DNA of 64,000 bases from an uncultured bacterium. Lineage in GTDB: Bacteria; Patescibacteriota; Minisyncoccia; Phycocordibacterales; CAIRYW01. Each line of letters begins with the position of its first letter. The first letter of the stretch is position 1. Shown in pieces: positions 41,709-52,165 of the stretch. The stretch covers positions 86,097-150,096 of the forward strand of contig CAVYBO010000002.1 of the NCBI GenBank assembly GCA_963766885.1. Direction: 5' to 3'. Made by a program: the position numbers and the translations under genes. Below the pieces are notes generated by a model. It made no database searches, was not told the DNA's origin, and saw only the letters and a program-made list of their open reading frames with translations.

Positions 41709-42296
41709 TTATATTTTCTGATTGACCAAAAATCTGTTTACAACCCTGAGAGCGATAAATACAACAATAATTATAATGACCACAAATAGCCATTTGAATG
41801 GTGTTGCAACAACAGCATAGACATTTCCAAACAGATAACCAACAGAAACCATAATTGCCACCCACAAAAGGCCGCCGATTAAATTTATCGCTACGTACTT
41901 TTTAAAGTTTATTTTAAGCATTCCTGCCGTGATAAGGGTTGCCAAAGAAAATCCAAAACCCATTGTTAATTTTGAAATCCAGAGAATCAGATTCTGATAA
42001 GCTTTGAACCGCGCCTCAACTTTTTCAATAATTTCAGGAGTAACATTGAGAAATTTTCCGTATTTGTCTATCAAAGATCTAGCCCCGAACCTGCCGACAA
42101 AATACCAGACAACATCAGCTGAAAAATCACCAAAAACAAGACAAAGATACATTGGCACAAAATAAAACTGCCCCTGCTGATACAAAAATCCCGCGCCAAT
42201 CATCACAGCCGGACCTTCAAAGAACGCGCCGAAAAAAAGTAATAGGTATTTTGACGCCTCAAACCAGGCAACAATATTATTCACAAAAATTTCCAT
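41709..42296 (-). CDS. DedA/VTT-family membrane protein
   Basis: The ORF has a FGAFFEG-type motif and a polytopic topology. Confidence 0.75.
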   Translation of the reverse strand: MEIFVNNIVAWFEASKYLLLFFGAFFEGPAVMIGAGFLYQQGQFYFVPMYLCLVFGDFSADVVWYFVGRFGARSLIDKYGKFLNVTPEIIEKVEARFKAYQNLILWISKLTMGFGFSLATLITAGMLKINFKKYVAINLIGGLLWVAIMVSVGYLFGNVYAVVATPFKWLFVVIIIIVVFIALRVVNRFLVNQKI

Positions 42297-42371
42297 ATGG
42301 ATAAAATTATATCATCAACGCAAAATCCCGTCTTGCATTAAAGTTTAGACTGGATTTTGCGCTTTCAGATT

Positions 42372-43187
42372 TTAGCTTGCAGAGCTTGTTGAAGCCGTTA
42401 CTCCGGCAGAAGCCGAAACTTTTGTTGATTCAATGAATTTTACAATCGTTGATACATCTGCTCTTGCCGCCACTAGATCACTTTTGGCCACCTGAAGTTT
42501 TGATCTTGCGTCTTTAAGTGCGGCTGTATTGGATGCTGCTTTTGTTTTATCTCCCTGATCAGGAGTTAGAGAAGAAACTTCACTAACAATTGCCTGGGCT
42601 TGAGAGCTTGCATCAGCAATTTTTGCGTTCATGTCAGAAAGAGCTGAGGTGACTGTGCTCACATTAAGCGCAGAATTTGCTGATATACGAGCTTGGAATT
42701 TCAAAGCTAATCCTTGCATTATCCCGACAATTGTTTCTACTCTGTCCGCTGCCGCAATCAAGGATGTTTGGGGCAAAACAAGAGCGTATACCCTATAGTC
42801 TCCGGTGATCGACTGAAAATCAGTTTTTAGATCACTTGTTGAAGTGTCCGCATCAATACTTGCTTTCAAGTTTGTAAGATTTGTTACCAGTGTCTGGATG
42901 TTTGTAGAAATTGCGCTTATATCCGAAGCTGAAAGATTTTTCATCCCTTGAATTCGCGTTTGCAATTTGTTCAATGAATCAATTCTTGCTGTAATTTCCG
43001 TATCGCTTCTCTGCTGAATAGCAGCAACAGATAGTTTTGAACCTCCGCCTCCGTGAAGACCTCTGACTCTGGCAGTTCCAGATGCTGTCACGCCAACATT
43101 TACAGTAGTTTGTGCGAATGCTGGCAAGAGCGCTACAGAGAAGGAAGCAATTGTTGCAATGGTTACGATAATTTTTTTATTTTGCAT
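42372..43187 (-). CDS. secreted coiled-coil Ser/Thr/Ala-rich protein (hypothetical)
   Basis: The ORF has a signal peptide and low-complexity helical repeats. Confidence 0.5.
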   Translation of the reverse strand: MQNKKIIVTIATIASFSVALLPAFAQTTVNVGVTASGTARVRGLHGGGGSKLSVAAIQQRSDTEITARIDSLNKLQTRIQGMKNLSASDISAISTNIQTLVTNLTNLKASIDADTSTSDLKTDFQSITGDYRVYALVLPQTSLIAAADRVETIVGIMQGLALKFQARISANSALNVSTVTSALSDMNAKIADASSQAQAIVSEVSSLTPDQGDKTKAASNTAALKDARSKLQVAKSDLVAARADVSTIVKFIESTKVSASAGVTASTSSAS

Positions 43188-43228
43188 ATTTTTATTTAAT
43201 AATTTTTAACATTAATATTGCAAGTCCT

Positions 43229-43537
43229 TTAATTTGTTGAAGTATTAGAACTTGCATCAACACTGCTATCGACATTTGAACTATCACTGCTTAGACCCTG
43301 CATTTGCGAATCCAAAGCGTTAACGTCCTGATTTATACCTGCATCAGATGTATTACTTGATGCACTTACACCTGTTTGACTCGCTGGAGAATTGTTATTT
43401 GAACCAGAATTTTGCATTGGATAGTTTTGTTCAGCTGGAGTTGGAGCGTTTGGCTTTGAGCTTACATACCACCAAATTCCTCCGATAATCAGCACCACAA
43501 TAATTATTGCTACTATTGTTTTCCCCGTGTTAGACAT
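43229..43537 (-). CDS. membrane-anchored Ser/Asn-rich small protein (hypothetical)
   Basis: The 102-aa ORF has one TM followed by a low-complexity tail. Confidence 0.4.
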   Translation of the reverse strand: MSNTGKTIVAIIIVVLIIGGIWWYVSSKPNAPTPAEQNYPMQNSGSNNNSPASQTGVSASSNTSDAGINQDVNALDSQMQGLSSDSSNVDSSVDASSNTSTN

Positions 43538-43605
43538 ATTTTTTTATTTATTTAATTTTTTAAAACTCAACCTACCGATATCTATCAGGTAATTTTATCT
43601 CTAAT

Positions 43606-44847
43606 CTATTCATAACGCAAAGCCTCAATTGGGCTTTTTTTAGACGCTTGGCTCGCAGGATACCCCCCAAACACAAGACCTATAAAAGTTGAAACTCCAA
43701 GCCCTAAAACAACTCCGCTCCAAGGGAAAACAAATTGCCAATTTAAACCAAGTCCCCATCTCAATATTAATGAAACTGCTAATGCCAAAGTGGTTCCCAA
43801 AATTATCCCGATAACTCCCCCGATTGCAGTAAGTAAAACAGCTTCAAGCAAAAACTGAGTCAGAATATCGCGATCAGTTGCGCCGATTGCTTTGCGCAAA
43901 CCAATTTCACGAGTTCTTTCTGTTACAGATACGAGCATAATATTCATAATTCCCACTCCACCTACAAAAAGCGCGATCGAGGAAACAGCCACAAGAAACC
44001 ATGTCAGAGCGCTTGTTATGGTGCCTAGGGTGTTAGCCAAAGATTGCTGGGTTTCAATTGTAAAATCATCTTTAGTTGGATCAGTTATGTTATGTGATTC
44101 TTCAAGAGTCAGACGAACATCGCTTGCTGTTTCCGGCACAAGCGCGTCTGATTTGGCTTGTATAATAATACGATTATAGAATTTCTGTCCGGTGATATAG
44201 TTCATGGCTGTGGTGTACGGAGTTATGACCATTGAATCAAAATCAAACAGCGAGCCGCCGCCCGCTTTCGATAAAACAGCCACCACGCGGAAATTGCGGC
44301 CCTTGATAGTAATATCTTGATTTATGGGATCCTGATTGGCAAAAAGATATTTCGCCACATCAGATCCAATTACCGCAACACTGTTATACGAATCCACATC
44401 GCCTTGGTCAAAAAATTGTCCCTCGGAAGGATTGAGGGCGAAGATACTGGCCATTAGATCCGTGGCACCGAAAATCGTAATCTGATAAGTGTTTGATTGA
44501 AACGATGCGGTGTCCGAGCCAATAACCACCGGCATAATTGCTTGAAGATATGGCACATTAGCTTTATTTTCAAGAGCTGTTATATCAGCGGGTTTTAATG
44601 AATCGCTGTAAAGAGCACCAGCGCTCTGGGTTGGACTCGTTGATACTTGTCCAGGAATTACAGCAATTGTGTTGGTGCCAAGTCCTTGAACTTCTCCAAG
44701 AATAAGGGCTTTGGCGCCGGCGCCAAGTGAAATGACTAGCATAATTGCTGTGATGCCTATAACAATTCCTAGAATCGTTAGAATTGACCGCGAACGATTA
44801 GTTGTTAGTCCAGTAAGAGAAGTTTTGAATGCGTGCTTTAATGTCAT
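43606..44847 (-). CDS. ABC transporter permease, FtsX/MacB type
   Basis: The ORF has an N-terminal TM, a large periplasmic domain and a C-terminal FtsX 3-TM bundle. Confidence 0.8.
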   Translation of the reverse strand: MTLKHAFKTSLTGLTTNRSRSILTILGIVIGITAIMLVISLGAGAKALILGEVQGLGTNTIAVIPGQVSTSPTQSAGALYSDSLKPADITALENKANVPYLQAIMPVVIGSDTASFQSNTYQITIFGATDLMASIFALNPSEGQFFDQGDVDSYNSVAVIGSDVAKYLFANQDPINQDITIKGRNFRVVAVLSKAGGGSLFDFDSMVITPYTTAMNYITGQKFYNRIIIQAKSDALVPETASDVRLTLEESHNITDPTKDDFTIETQQSLANTLGTITSALTWFLVAVSSIALFVGGVGIMNIMLVSVTERTREIGLRKAIGATDRDILTQFLLEAVLLTAIGGVIGIILGTTLALAVSLILRWGLGLNWQFVFPWSGVVLGLGVSTFIGLVFGGYPASQASKKSPIEALRYE

Positions 44848-44873
44848 GAATTATTTGCAGTTTTATATTTTGG

Positions 44874-45593
44874 CTATTTAATGTATTCGTCCTGAGGCGT
44901 AAGGCGATTTTTTACTTTTTCCTCGCTTTCAATCTTTCCGTCCATAAGCCGAATAATTCTTTCAGCGTGTTCGGCTGTGGAAGTTTCGTGAGTAATCAAG
45001 ACGATTGTTTTTCCTTCATCCTGATTTAATCGCTGGATTATAGCCATGACATTTTTACCGCTTTTTGAATCTAGATTTCCTGTAGGTTCGTCTGCAAAAA
45101 TAATGTCAGGGTTATTAACAAGCGCGCGCGCAATAGCCACACGCTGGCGCTCTCCGCCGGAGAGTTCTGCGGAACTGTGGTAAAGCCTATGCCCCAATCC
45201 AACAGCTTCTGCCGCTTTTTGCGACATATCGTTCCACTTTTCTTCTTGAATATTTGAATAAACAAGCGGGAGTTTTACATTTTCAAGCACACTTGTTCGC
45301 GGCAAGAGATTAAAGGCCTGAAAGACAAATCCAATCTGGGTGTTTCTAATGCTTGCAAGCTCATCTCTTGTAAAAGAAGAAATGTTTTTTCCATTAAATA
45401 TATAACTACCGTTTGTCGGCTCATCCAAAAGTCCAAGCAGATGCAGTAGCGTTGATTTACCGCTTCCAGAAGGTCCCATTATTGCCACGAACTCTCCTTT
45501 GCGGACTGAAAAAGATACTTCTTGCAATGCAACAGTTTCTGCTTCACCGTCTTTGTAAGACTTTGTTAATTTTTCTACTTCAATTATATTCAT
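44874..45593 (-). CDS. ABC transporter ATP-binding protein (MacB/LolD-like)
   Basis: The ORF has Walker [18 protein letters not shown] and Walker B IIFADEPT. The start is taken at MNIIEVE. Confidence 0.85.
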   Translation of the reverse strand: MNIIEVEKLTKSYKDGEAETVALQEVSFSVRKGEFVAIMGPSGSGKSTLLHLLGLLDEPTNGSYIFNGKNISSFTRDELASIRNTQIGFVFQAFNLLPRTSVLENVKLPLVYSNIQEEKWNDMSQKAAEAVGLGHRLYHSSAELSGGERQRVAIARALVNNPDIIFADEPTGNLDSKSGKNVMAIIQRLNQDEGKTIVLITHETSTAEHAERIIRLMDGKIESEEKVKNRLTPQDEYIK

Positions 45594-45597
45594 TAAA

Positions 45598-47112
45598 TTA
45601 ACTTGAGGCAGTATAAGTGACAATTTTTTCTCCTTTTGTAAGGCCGGAAATTATCTGTACAGACCCATCAAATCCTCTGATGCCGATTTCCACAGGAACA
45701 GCTTTATAAGTTTTACCGTCAGGATTCACCACCTGCACCGTGTCTGATCCATTGTTGTCTGTAACCGCGCGATATGGAATTTCAAGGACGTTATCTACTT
45801 CATGTGTAAATATTGTTAAGTTTGCGGTCATTCCTGATTTAATGCGACTATCATTTTGAGTAAACATCAAGGTTACTTTGTAAGTTGGCACCCCTTCAAG
45901 CACTGTTTCTGCCGGATCAATAGCTGTAACTTTTGCTTGAAAATAAGTATAGGAACCATATGCGTCTAGAGTTGTTGAAGCTAGATTGCCAACAGATATT
46001 TTTGCGATGTCAGATTCAGGAATAAAAGCGTCAATTTCGAAATCTCCATCGCTTATTACTCCAAAGGCGGCCTGGCCAGGAGCAACATATTCCCCAAGAT
46101 TTGGATCGACTTCTGTCACTACACCGCTAATCGGAGAAATAAGCGTGTCTTCGCTAAGATTTGCTTTAGCGGCATCTACTTTGGCCTGTTCAGATGCTAT
46201 TGAATCAGCAGAATTACCAGCTAATTTCAAATTATAATTAGTTTGAGCTTGAGTATATGCCGCCGCCGCATTGCTTAATTCCGTTTGAGCGGAAGCAACA
46301 GAATCAACAGCGCTATTGAATGTTGAAAACCCCGTGTTCATCGTGGCAACATATTGATCAACGGTCGATTGAGAAATTCCAGGATTACCTGAATTCAGAT
46401 CATTAACAATTCCAGAAAGATCAGACATAAATGTCTTGATTGTTGCAATGTAACCTGAAACATTTGAAAGTAAGCTTGATGTACTGGTTGTAGTTGCTTC
46501 CGACAAATCATTAGACCACTGGTTCATAGTGGTAGTTACATTAACTCGTTCTTCGTCAATTGACGCTTGCTCAAGTTCTGAGTCAGTATGAATTGTTAGT
46601 GTAGGATTGGAGCTTTCAGGATTTGAAAAAAAACTATCAGTGTAATTTACAAGCGCGCTTTGAACTTGCACATAAGCTTGATGAACAGAGTTTATTGCAT
46701 CTGTATTTGCACTATTAAGAGTAGTTTGAGCAGAAGCAACTTCTGCTTGTTGTACAGCAAGTTCATCAGGAGTTAAGCTTCGATCCATATCCGCTAGTGT
46801 AGCCTGCTCGCTTTCCAAATCTGCCTGATCGCTTGCGCTGTCTAGAGAAGCAATCGCATCACCGGCATTAACATGATCCCCAACCGCAACATCAATTTTT
46901 GAAACCACTCCACCTTTTTCAAAAGCCAGATTGGCTTTGCTCACAGGCGTTACAGTGCCGGTTGCAGTTACTGTTTCAACAACGTTCCCAAGGGTTACTT
47001 CTCCAGTTGTGAAATCTGGGGGAGTGTTTTCTTTTTTCCAAACAAACCAAGCGATAATTAATATAATTATTACGATGATTCCGATGACATACTTGTTTTT
47101 CAAAAATTTCAT
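45598..47112 (-). CDS. efflux periplasmic adaptor (HlyD/MacA-like membrane fusion protein) with very long coiled coil
   Basis: The ORF has an N-terminal TM, lipoyl-like and beta-barrel segments and roughly 250 aa of helical hairpin. Confidence 0.7.
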   Translation of the reverse strand: MKFLKNKYVIGIIVIIILIIAWFVWKKENTPPDFTTGEVTLGNVVETVTATGTVTPVSKANLAFEKGGVVSKIDVAVGDHVNAGDAIASLDSASDQADLESEQATLADMDRSLTPDELAVQQAEVASAQTTLNSANTDAINSVHQAYVQVQSALVNYTDSFFSNPESSNPTLTIHTDSELEQASIDEERVNVTTTMNQWSNDLSEATTTSTSSLLSNVSGYIATIKTFMSDLSGIVNDLNSGNPGISQSTVDQYVATMNTGFSTFNSAVDSVASAQTELSNAAAAYTQAQTNYNLKLAGNSADSIASEQAKVDAAKANLSEDTLISPISGVVTEVDPNLGEYVAPGQAAFGVISDGDFEIDAFIPESDIAKISVGNLASTTLDAYGSYTYFQAKVTAIDPAETVLEGVPTYKVTLMFTQNDSRIKSGMTANLTIFTHEVDNVLEIPYRAVTDNNGSDTVQVVNPDGKTYKAVPVEIGIRGFDGSVQIISGLTKGEKIVTYTASS

Positions 47113-47232
47113 GAAGTAATTATAATATAAAACGACTTGATTAGCACTTTCATCACTTTTCAAATTTAATTTTGCTTAAATTCATTTTTTCTTATAATCT
47201 ATATCGGTTCGCCTGCCTGACTGCAGGCAAGT

Positions 47233-47303
47233 TGCCGGATCGTCTAATGGTAGGACATCGCCCTTTGGAGGCGGCTATCTTGGTTCGAATCCAAGTCCGG
47301 CAG
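47233..47303 (+). tRNA. tRNA-Gln(TTG)
   Basis: TGCCGGATCGTCTAATGGTAGGACATCGCCCTTTGGAGGCGGCTATCTTGGTTCGAATCCAAGTCCGGCAG has a 7-bp acceptor stem, U8, anticodon loop CTTTGGA and a TTCGAAT T-loop. No CCA is encoded. Confidence 0.8.
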
Positions 47304-47330
47304 TTTTTACTCTGGTATAATCTTAATTAC

Positions 47331-48083
47331 ATGAAAAATATTAAAAAATACACTTATCCTAAAAAATCTGGTTTTTACGATTATGAAGGAGTTCCAACTC
47401 TTTTTATTGATGAAGCAGAGAAAGTCGTTTCTGGGATTAACAAAAAGAAAAATGAATTATCTCTAAATATTCCCATTCATCCTTTAATGGGTCACATGAC
47501 ATGGATTGAACTGAGTCTTGTGATAGGAATAATAAAGTCTTCAGAAGCTAGATCTTTTCTGGAAATAGGAACTTTAGATGGTTTAATTGTTGAGAATATA
47601 TTAAATAATTGTTTAAAAATTGAGAATGTAATAACTATAGATTTACCAGAATCTATACATAAACATAAGGGTTCCGGTTCAAAACTTTTTATAGATAGTA
47701 TTAACGCAGAAATGATAAACACTTTTGTTATTGGTGAAAGATTTTTAAATAATTCTCGTAGAAATATTGTAACTCAAATAAGGAAGGATTCTGCAAAATT
47801 AAAACTAACCGATTTTAAAAATAAGTTCGATGTTATTTTAGTTGATGGTTCTCATACATATGACTATTGTGCTTCAGATACAGAGCTAGCAAAAAAACTT
47901 CTTTCAAAAAAAGGAATAATCATCTGGCATGATTTCAATAAAGTAAAAGCCCTTGTTGGTGTTACCGAGTTTCTCTCTGAAGAAGCAAGAAAGAAGGAAT
48001 TTTCACTGTATTGGCTTAAAGATCGTGAATACAACTCTTCTTCTGTAGTAGTTGGTCTCCGTAAATCTGATTTTCAATCATAA
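47331..48083 (+). CDS. class I SAM-dependent methyltransferase (TylF/CmcI Methyltransf_24-like)
   Basis: The ORF has the motifs FLEIGTLDG and DVILVDGSH. It is very AT-rich and starts 28 nt after tRNA-Gln. A TATAAT element sits just upstream. Confidence 0.65.
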   Translation: MKNIKKYTYPKKSGFYDYEGVPTLFIDEAEKVVSGINKKKNELSLNIPIHPLMGHMTWIELSLVIGIIKSSEARSFLEIGTLDGLIVENILNNCLKIENVITIDLPESIHKHKGSGSKLFIDSINAEMINTFVIGERFLNNSRRNIVTQIRKDSAKLKLTDFKNKFDVILVDGSHTYDYCASDTELAKKLLSKKGIIIWHDFNKVKALVGVTEFLSEEARKKEFSLYWLKDREYNSSSVVVGLRKSDFQS

Positions 48084-48180
48084 AAGTTCCAACATCGTAT
48101 ACGACGGCCAGTTTTTACTTTTAGAAAAATTTAAATAAAAAAGTACAATCTGATTTCTCAGATAAAATTTATTTTCTATA

Positions 48181-51117
48181 TTAATGGTTATTTATATATG
48201 CCCTAGTAATAGGTCCGAAGTATCCGGAAGCAGGAATGATACCTTTTGCGCTCTGGAAGGCGGCCAAAGCCATTTTGGTTAATTTGCCAAAATAATTTGT
48301 TTCGTTTCCTGGTGACCCTGGTCCAGTAACCACTATAGTAAAGCCATGAGAATTTAAATACTTCTGAAGGAACTTTACCTTCGAATTAGTCATACCGATT
48401 TTTAAATTTTCAGTAAATGTTGGATTGATAACCGGATTAATAAACAATGTATTAATTTGATTAACGTTTGCACTGCCGCAAGGTTTCCCTGTATCTGCAT
48501 TGAACAGCTGTCCTGAAAGACAAACAGGGATATTTACAATAAGATTTGAATTTGAAAGTGATGAGTTCCCTCCACTAGAAAAATCAAAAATAACCGGCGC
48601 GGTACTGACATTAACCGCAGCCTGCCTAGTCACATTTACTGTGTATGTATTTTGTGTCAAACCGTCTTGTGCGGTAACTACTACAGGGATTGTATTGGAG
48701 CCGACATTCAATGATATAGATCCCGACGATGTGCCGCTGGCAACCGAAACACCGTTTACTGTTGTGGTCGCATTAGCCTGATTTAATGTCGGAGTGATTG
48801 TTACACTCGTCACATTATTAGGAACACTGTCGGTATAAGAAGTAGTGGTTGATGAAAATGCAGGACTTAAAGTTCCGGAACTGATAATGAGATTACTCAA
48901 AGTGGCATCAGAACTTATTTCTGTTCCCTCTGTAATAGTGGGCTCAGAAGGCACAAACTGCCTGACTAACACATTGTCAAAATCAGTTGTCGAATAGGCC
49001 CCGAGCAAACTGACTGTCGTAGAAGCAAGATTGTTGCTTTCAGTATAGGTCTCTTGCCAATTGGCAGGCATAGCACTTCCTATATTCCATATTTTCATAT
49101 ATATGGTCGTCCCCGCCCTAGCTACCTGCATCCGATACATGGTTGAAGTCGCCCAAGAAAACGATATGGGACTGCTTCCCCAGGCAATTTCACTATTGAG
49201 AATATTAACACTTGACTGAGTAGTACTTCTAAAGGCTCCACAATATCCGCGAGCAGCGTTATTTCCCGTATCATAACTGTTAAGACAAATTCCCCCGACA
49301 TCATTGTCAACTGGTGATGTCGTATAATTATCTACTTTTATATCAGCCTGCATCAAAAGATTGTTTGAAAGTCCAACATTATATGTAAGTTTAGTGTCTT
49401 CTTCAGCGGTAGTGGTACTTTGATGCATTTGTCCAAGGTTTGCTGCCCACGTTCCCACAACCTTGGTCCAGCCCGGTTTGAAGCTAACAAAATCATCCCA
49501 GAACGGATACACGTTGCTGTAATCGGCAGTAGAAACAGATACTGTTGAAGTATTAAAAAGGGAAAGATTATTTGCGACAAAATTCAAGTCCCCCATTGGT
49601 GATTCAAGATTGTTGCTACTGCCATTTTGGGTGGTGCCGTAATATTCCATTGTTGGGTCAGCCCCCGCAACAAAATCGTTTACATACTGAATGGCCTTGC
49701 TCTGGTTGGTAAGCTGCATTGCCGCCGCAACCCAGGCATTGGCCACAGACCATCTACCATTATCGTATGTGCCCACAGGAAATGGCTGGGTATTGCTGTT
49801 GTCAGTGCCGTCAGAATCAATGTATCCATAATAAGCCCACGTGGTCGGACTCTGATGAATATATCCGTTGGCAGTGAGAGTGCTGTAATTATTTACCAGA
49901 TAATTACTAATAGCGGTTGCTTGAGGAGAAGTGGTAATACCGATATATACAGCGTAAGCTGAGCCTTCAACGTCAATCTGATTATCCTGTCCAGCGGCAG
50001 CATAAAACATGCCATCAGTGCTGTCCCAGAGTGTTGATATATTGTTTTTAATGCCATTAGCCTGATTTGCAAAATAAGTTGCATCTGTTGTATCACCTTC
50101 CGCCGTGTACATGACCACCATATCTTCGGCTGCTTGGTAATACAATAAGGATCCCATTAAATCGTCCCCAGTTTTACGAACATCATCTTGAAATCCCCAC
50201 GGAACCCATTGGTCGGTTGGAGAAATATATACCAATGTTGTAGTACCATCTCTTGGAATATTGGACAGAGCTGTCTTCAATGCAGCGGAGCTGGAAGTAA
50301 AAGCTGTGATGTCTCCAGATTTATCATAATAAAGCTTCTCCATCATTGGCACCATAAAGGCTCCGTCTCCGGTGGCATGAGTATGGCGGTGGTCATCTCC
50401 TGAGTAATATGCATCAGCGGTACCATTGGAGTTTAGATCAATAGGAAAATCTCCATTTCCATTTTTTACCGATATAAATTTTTGGAATGTGTTTTTGATC
50501 TGTGCAGCCGTAAAATAGGATGGGTCTCCCGAAAAAGCATACCAAGTATCTGCTGCGTATTCTGTATGATATCCTGCTGCAGCAGTCCAATAATCTGAAC
50601 CATCGCTACTAAAGGTTGTATGATTGCTTGAAAGATCTTCCTGCGTCGCAGAAAGAAGTGTGTCGTATTGCGTTTGTGCAGAAATATTCACAGTATGAGT
50701 ATCGTACGAAGGGACAGTAGCGCTTGGATTTCCATAATATAAGTAGTAATTGGTATCGGTAGCATTTGCCGAAATTGCAGCCTGAGTCTCAAACCAAATT
50801 TGGGTGCTTGTGCTATTCCAACTTGATGATACGTCAAGACCTCGATTAAGTTCCGCCCAAGAACTGCCGTTCCAATATGCAATTCTTATATCTGCCCCGT
50901 TAGTAAGCGATTTTCCTGCGGAAACCAAAGCAGCATGATTGAAGGTATATCCTACTGAATAGCCAGACGATAATGTCCCTGAGCTATTGTTCGTAACTGC
51001 AAGCTGTTTAGAATATTGGTAGCTAGAATTCCAAACTGATGAAGGTGCGGATGCAAAAGCATTGCTAGAGAAAAAAAGACCTAGAAAACAAAACAGTAAA
51101 AGAAAGATTTTTTTCAC
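48181..51117 (-). CDS. large secreted protein with cadherin-like beta-sandwich and C-terminal peptidoglycan-binding domain
   Basis: The 978-aa ORF has a signal peptide and a Ser/Thr-rich composition. It carries a cadherin-like segment (SSDATLSNLIISSGTLSPAF ... YTVNVTR) and a C-terminal PG_binding_1-like motif (VKFLQKYLNSHGF ... GYFGPITRAYI). Confidence 0.7.
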   Translation of the reverse strand: MKKIFLLLFCFLGLFFSSNAFASAPSSVWNSSYQYSKQLAVTNNSSGTLSSGYSVGYTFNHAALVSAGKSLTNGADIRIAYWNGSSWAELNRGLDVSSSWNSTSTQIWFETQAAISANATDTNYYLYYGNPSATVPSYDTHTVNISAQTQYDTLLSATQEDLSSNHTTFSSDGSDYWTAAAGYHTEYAADTWYAFSGDPSYFTAAQIKNTFQKFISVKNGNGDFPIDLNSNGTADAYYSGDDHRHTHATGDGAFMVPMMEKLYYDKSGDITAFTSSSAALKTALSNIPRDGTTTLVYISPTDQWVPWGFQDDVRKTGDDLMGSLLYYQAAEDMVVMYTAEGDTTDATYFANQANGIKNNISTLWDSTDGMFYAAAGQDNQIDVEGSAYAVYIGITTSPQATAISNYLVNNYSTLTANGYIHQSPTTWAYYGYIDSDGTDNSNTQPFPVGTYDNGRWSVANAWVAAAMQLTNQSKAIQYVNDFVAGADPTMEYYGTTQNGSSNNLESPMGDLNFVANNLSLFNTSTVSVSTADYSNVYPFWDDFVSFKPGWTKVVGTWAANLGQMHQSTTTAEEDTKLTYNVGLSNNLLMQADIKVDNYTTSPVDNDVGGICLNSYDTGNNAARGYCGAFRSTTQSSVNILNSEIAWGSSPISFSWATSTMYRMQVARAGTTIYMKIWNIGSAMPANWQETYTESNNLASTTVSLLGAYSTTDFDNVLVRQFVPSEPTITEGTEISSDATLSNLIISSGTLSPAFSSTTTSYTDSVPNNVTSVTITPTLNQANATTTVNGVSVASGTSSGSISLNVGSNTIPVVVTAQDGLTQNTYTVNVTRQAAVNVSTAPVIFDFSSGGNSSLSNSNLIVNIPVCLSGQLFNADTGKPCGSANVNQINTLFINPVINPTFTENLKIGMTNSKVKFLQKYLNSHGFTIVVTGPGSPGNETNYFGKLTKMALAAFQSAKGIIPASGYFGPITRAYINNH

Positions 51118-51253
51118 AGAAATTTATGTAATATTTTTAAAAAAATTAAGTCCTGTAAATATTACATTTTATAAGTCATATTTACAAGTATCTCTAAAAA
51201 ACCCATAAATAAAAGCCCTAAACTGCTTTTTGTAAGTTCAATATATCAGGTAG

Positions 51254-51282
51254 TTGACATAATTCCATTAAACTATCATAAT
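51254..51282 (+). promoter_or_regulatory. sigma-70-like promoter
   Basis: TTGACA, a 17-nt spacer and CATAAT. Confidence 0.35.
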
Positions 51283-51318
51283 TAAACAGTTATAACGTTC
51301 TTTGAAATTGGCTTCTTT

Positions 51319-51370
51319 TTGCCATAGCATAGAGCGTCTTTTTTAGTGAGGATGTTCTATGCTGTGGCAA
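51319..51370. repeat. 15-bp inverted repeat (14/15 match) with 22-nt loop in the 5' leader of the GC-elevated gene
   Basis: ttgccatagcataga ... tctatgctgtggcaa. Confidence 0.6.
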
Positions 51371-51444
51371 AGCCTTAAATTAGGCAGAGCCTGCTTCCTA
51401 AGCAATACACTACAAACCCAACCCATACCTAGAAAAAAAAGATA

Positions 51445-52149
51445 ATGCAACGTCAAAATCCGCAAGGAACTTTGGACAGGACTGATCAGTTTGCGCGAGG
51501 GTCTTCTGCTGATAAAATCGACGCATTAGTGGCAGAAATTAGGCGCAACTTCTCGGACGCTCAGATAGAGCGGCTAGCGACCGACCCAGATCTAATCCTG
51601 GGTATACGTGAGTGTATTGAACACCGCGGCAGCATCAAACTGATGACGCACTCAATCGATTGCGGCACATTAGTTTCTTGCAGTCCTGGCTGGGAAATAC
51701 CTCCGGAATACCAAATGCTGCCGGTACACTACTCTGGTGTTCTGGAGTGGAACAAAGAAGAACAGGTCGGGGCCATTCATGTCGTTAAGAGAAACGGCAA
51801 TGCGAACTATCTCGGCAAAAAAGCCCCGCTCGTTCAGGAGCTTTTCTGGAAAGGTACGTACCCGGCAAACGTCGGGCGCTATCTGGTAGAGAACCCAGTC
51901 CTCATCCCCAAAGAATGGTGTCGTTACCTCAAAGTATTCTTTTTTGGAACCATCTTTAGCACTAAACCGCCCTACACCAATTATAGCGGTCCAAGGGACC
52001 TCTACGTCATGTTCATTGAAAAACGTGGCGGCAAATGGCAGGCGGACTATCTCCTCCTAGACGAGACCCGATTAGGGCCAGAGATCGCCGTGGCGTGCCA
52101 CGATGGAAACCAAAAAGGAAACGAGAACGAGGTCGTGCTGAGTTCATAA
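51445..52149 (+). CDS. hypothetical protein, compositionally foreign (mid GC)
   Basis: The 234-aa ORF has noticeably higher GC and different codon usage than its neighbours and no recognisable motif. Confidence 0.5.
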   Translation: MQRQNPQGTLDRTDQFARGSSADKIDALVAEIRRNFSDAQIERLATDPDLILGIRECIEHRGSIKLMTHSIDCGTLVSCSPGWEIPPEYQMLPVHYSGVLEWNKEEQVGAIHVVKRNGNANYLGKKAPLVQELFWKGTYPANVGRYLVENPVLIPKEWCRYLKVFFFGTIFSTKPPYTNYSGPRDLYVMFIEKRGGKWQADYLLLDETRLGPEIAVACHDGNQKGNENEVVLSS

Positions 52150-52165
52150 CAACTGGAACAGTATC

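Noticed and set aside
47172-47330. An upstream extension of the methyltransferase ORF that would overlap tRNA-Gln.
   Set aside because: It would translate through the tRNA gene. A clean ATG with an upstream TATAAT at 47331 gives a normal-length methyltransferase.
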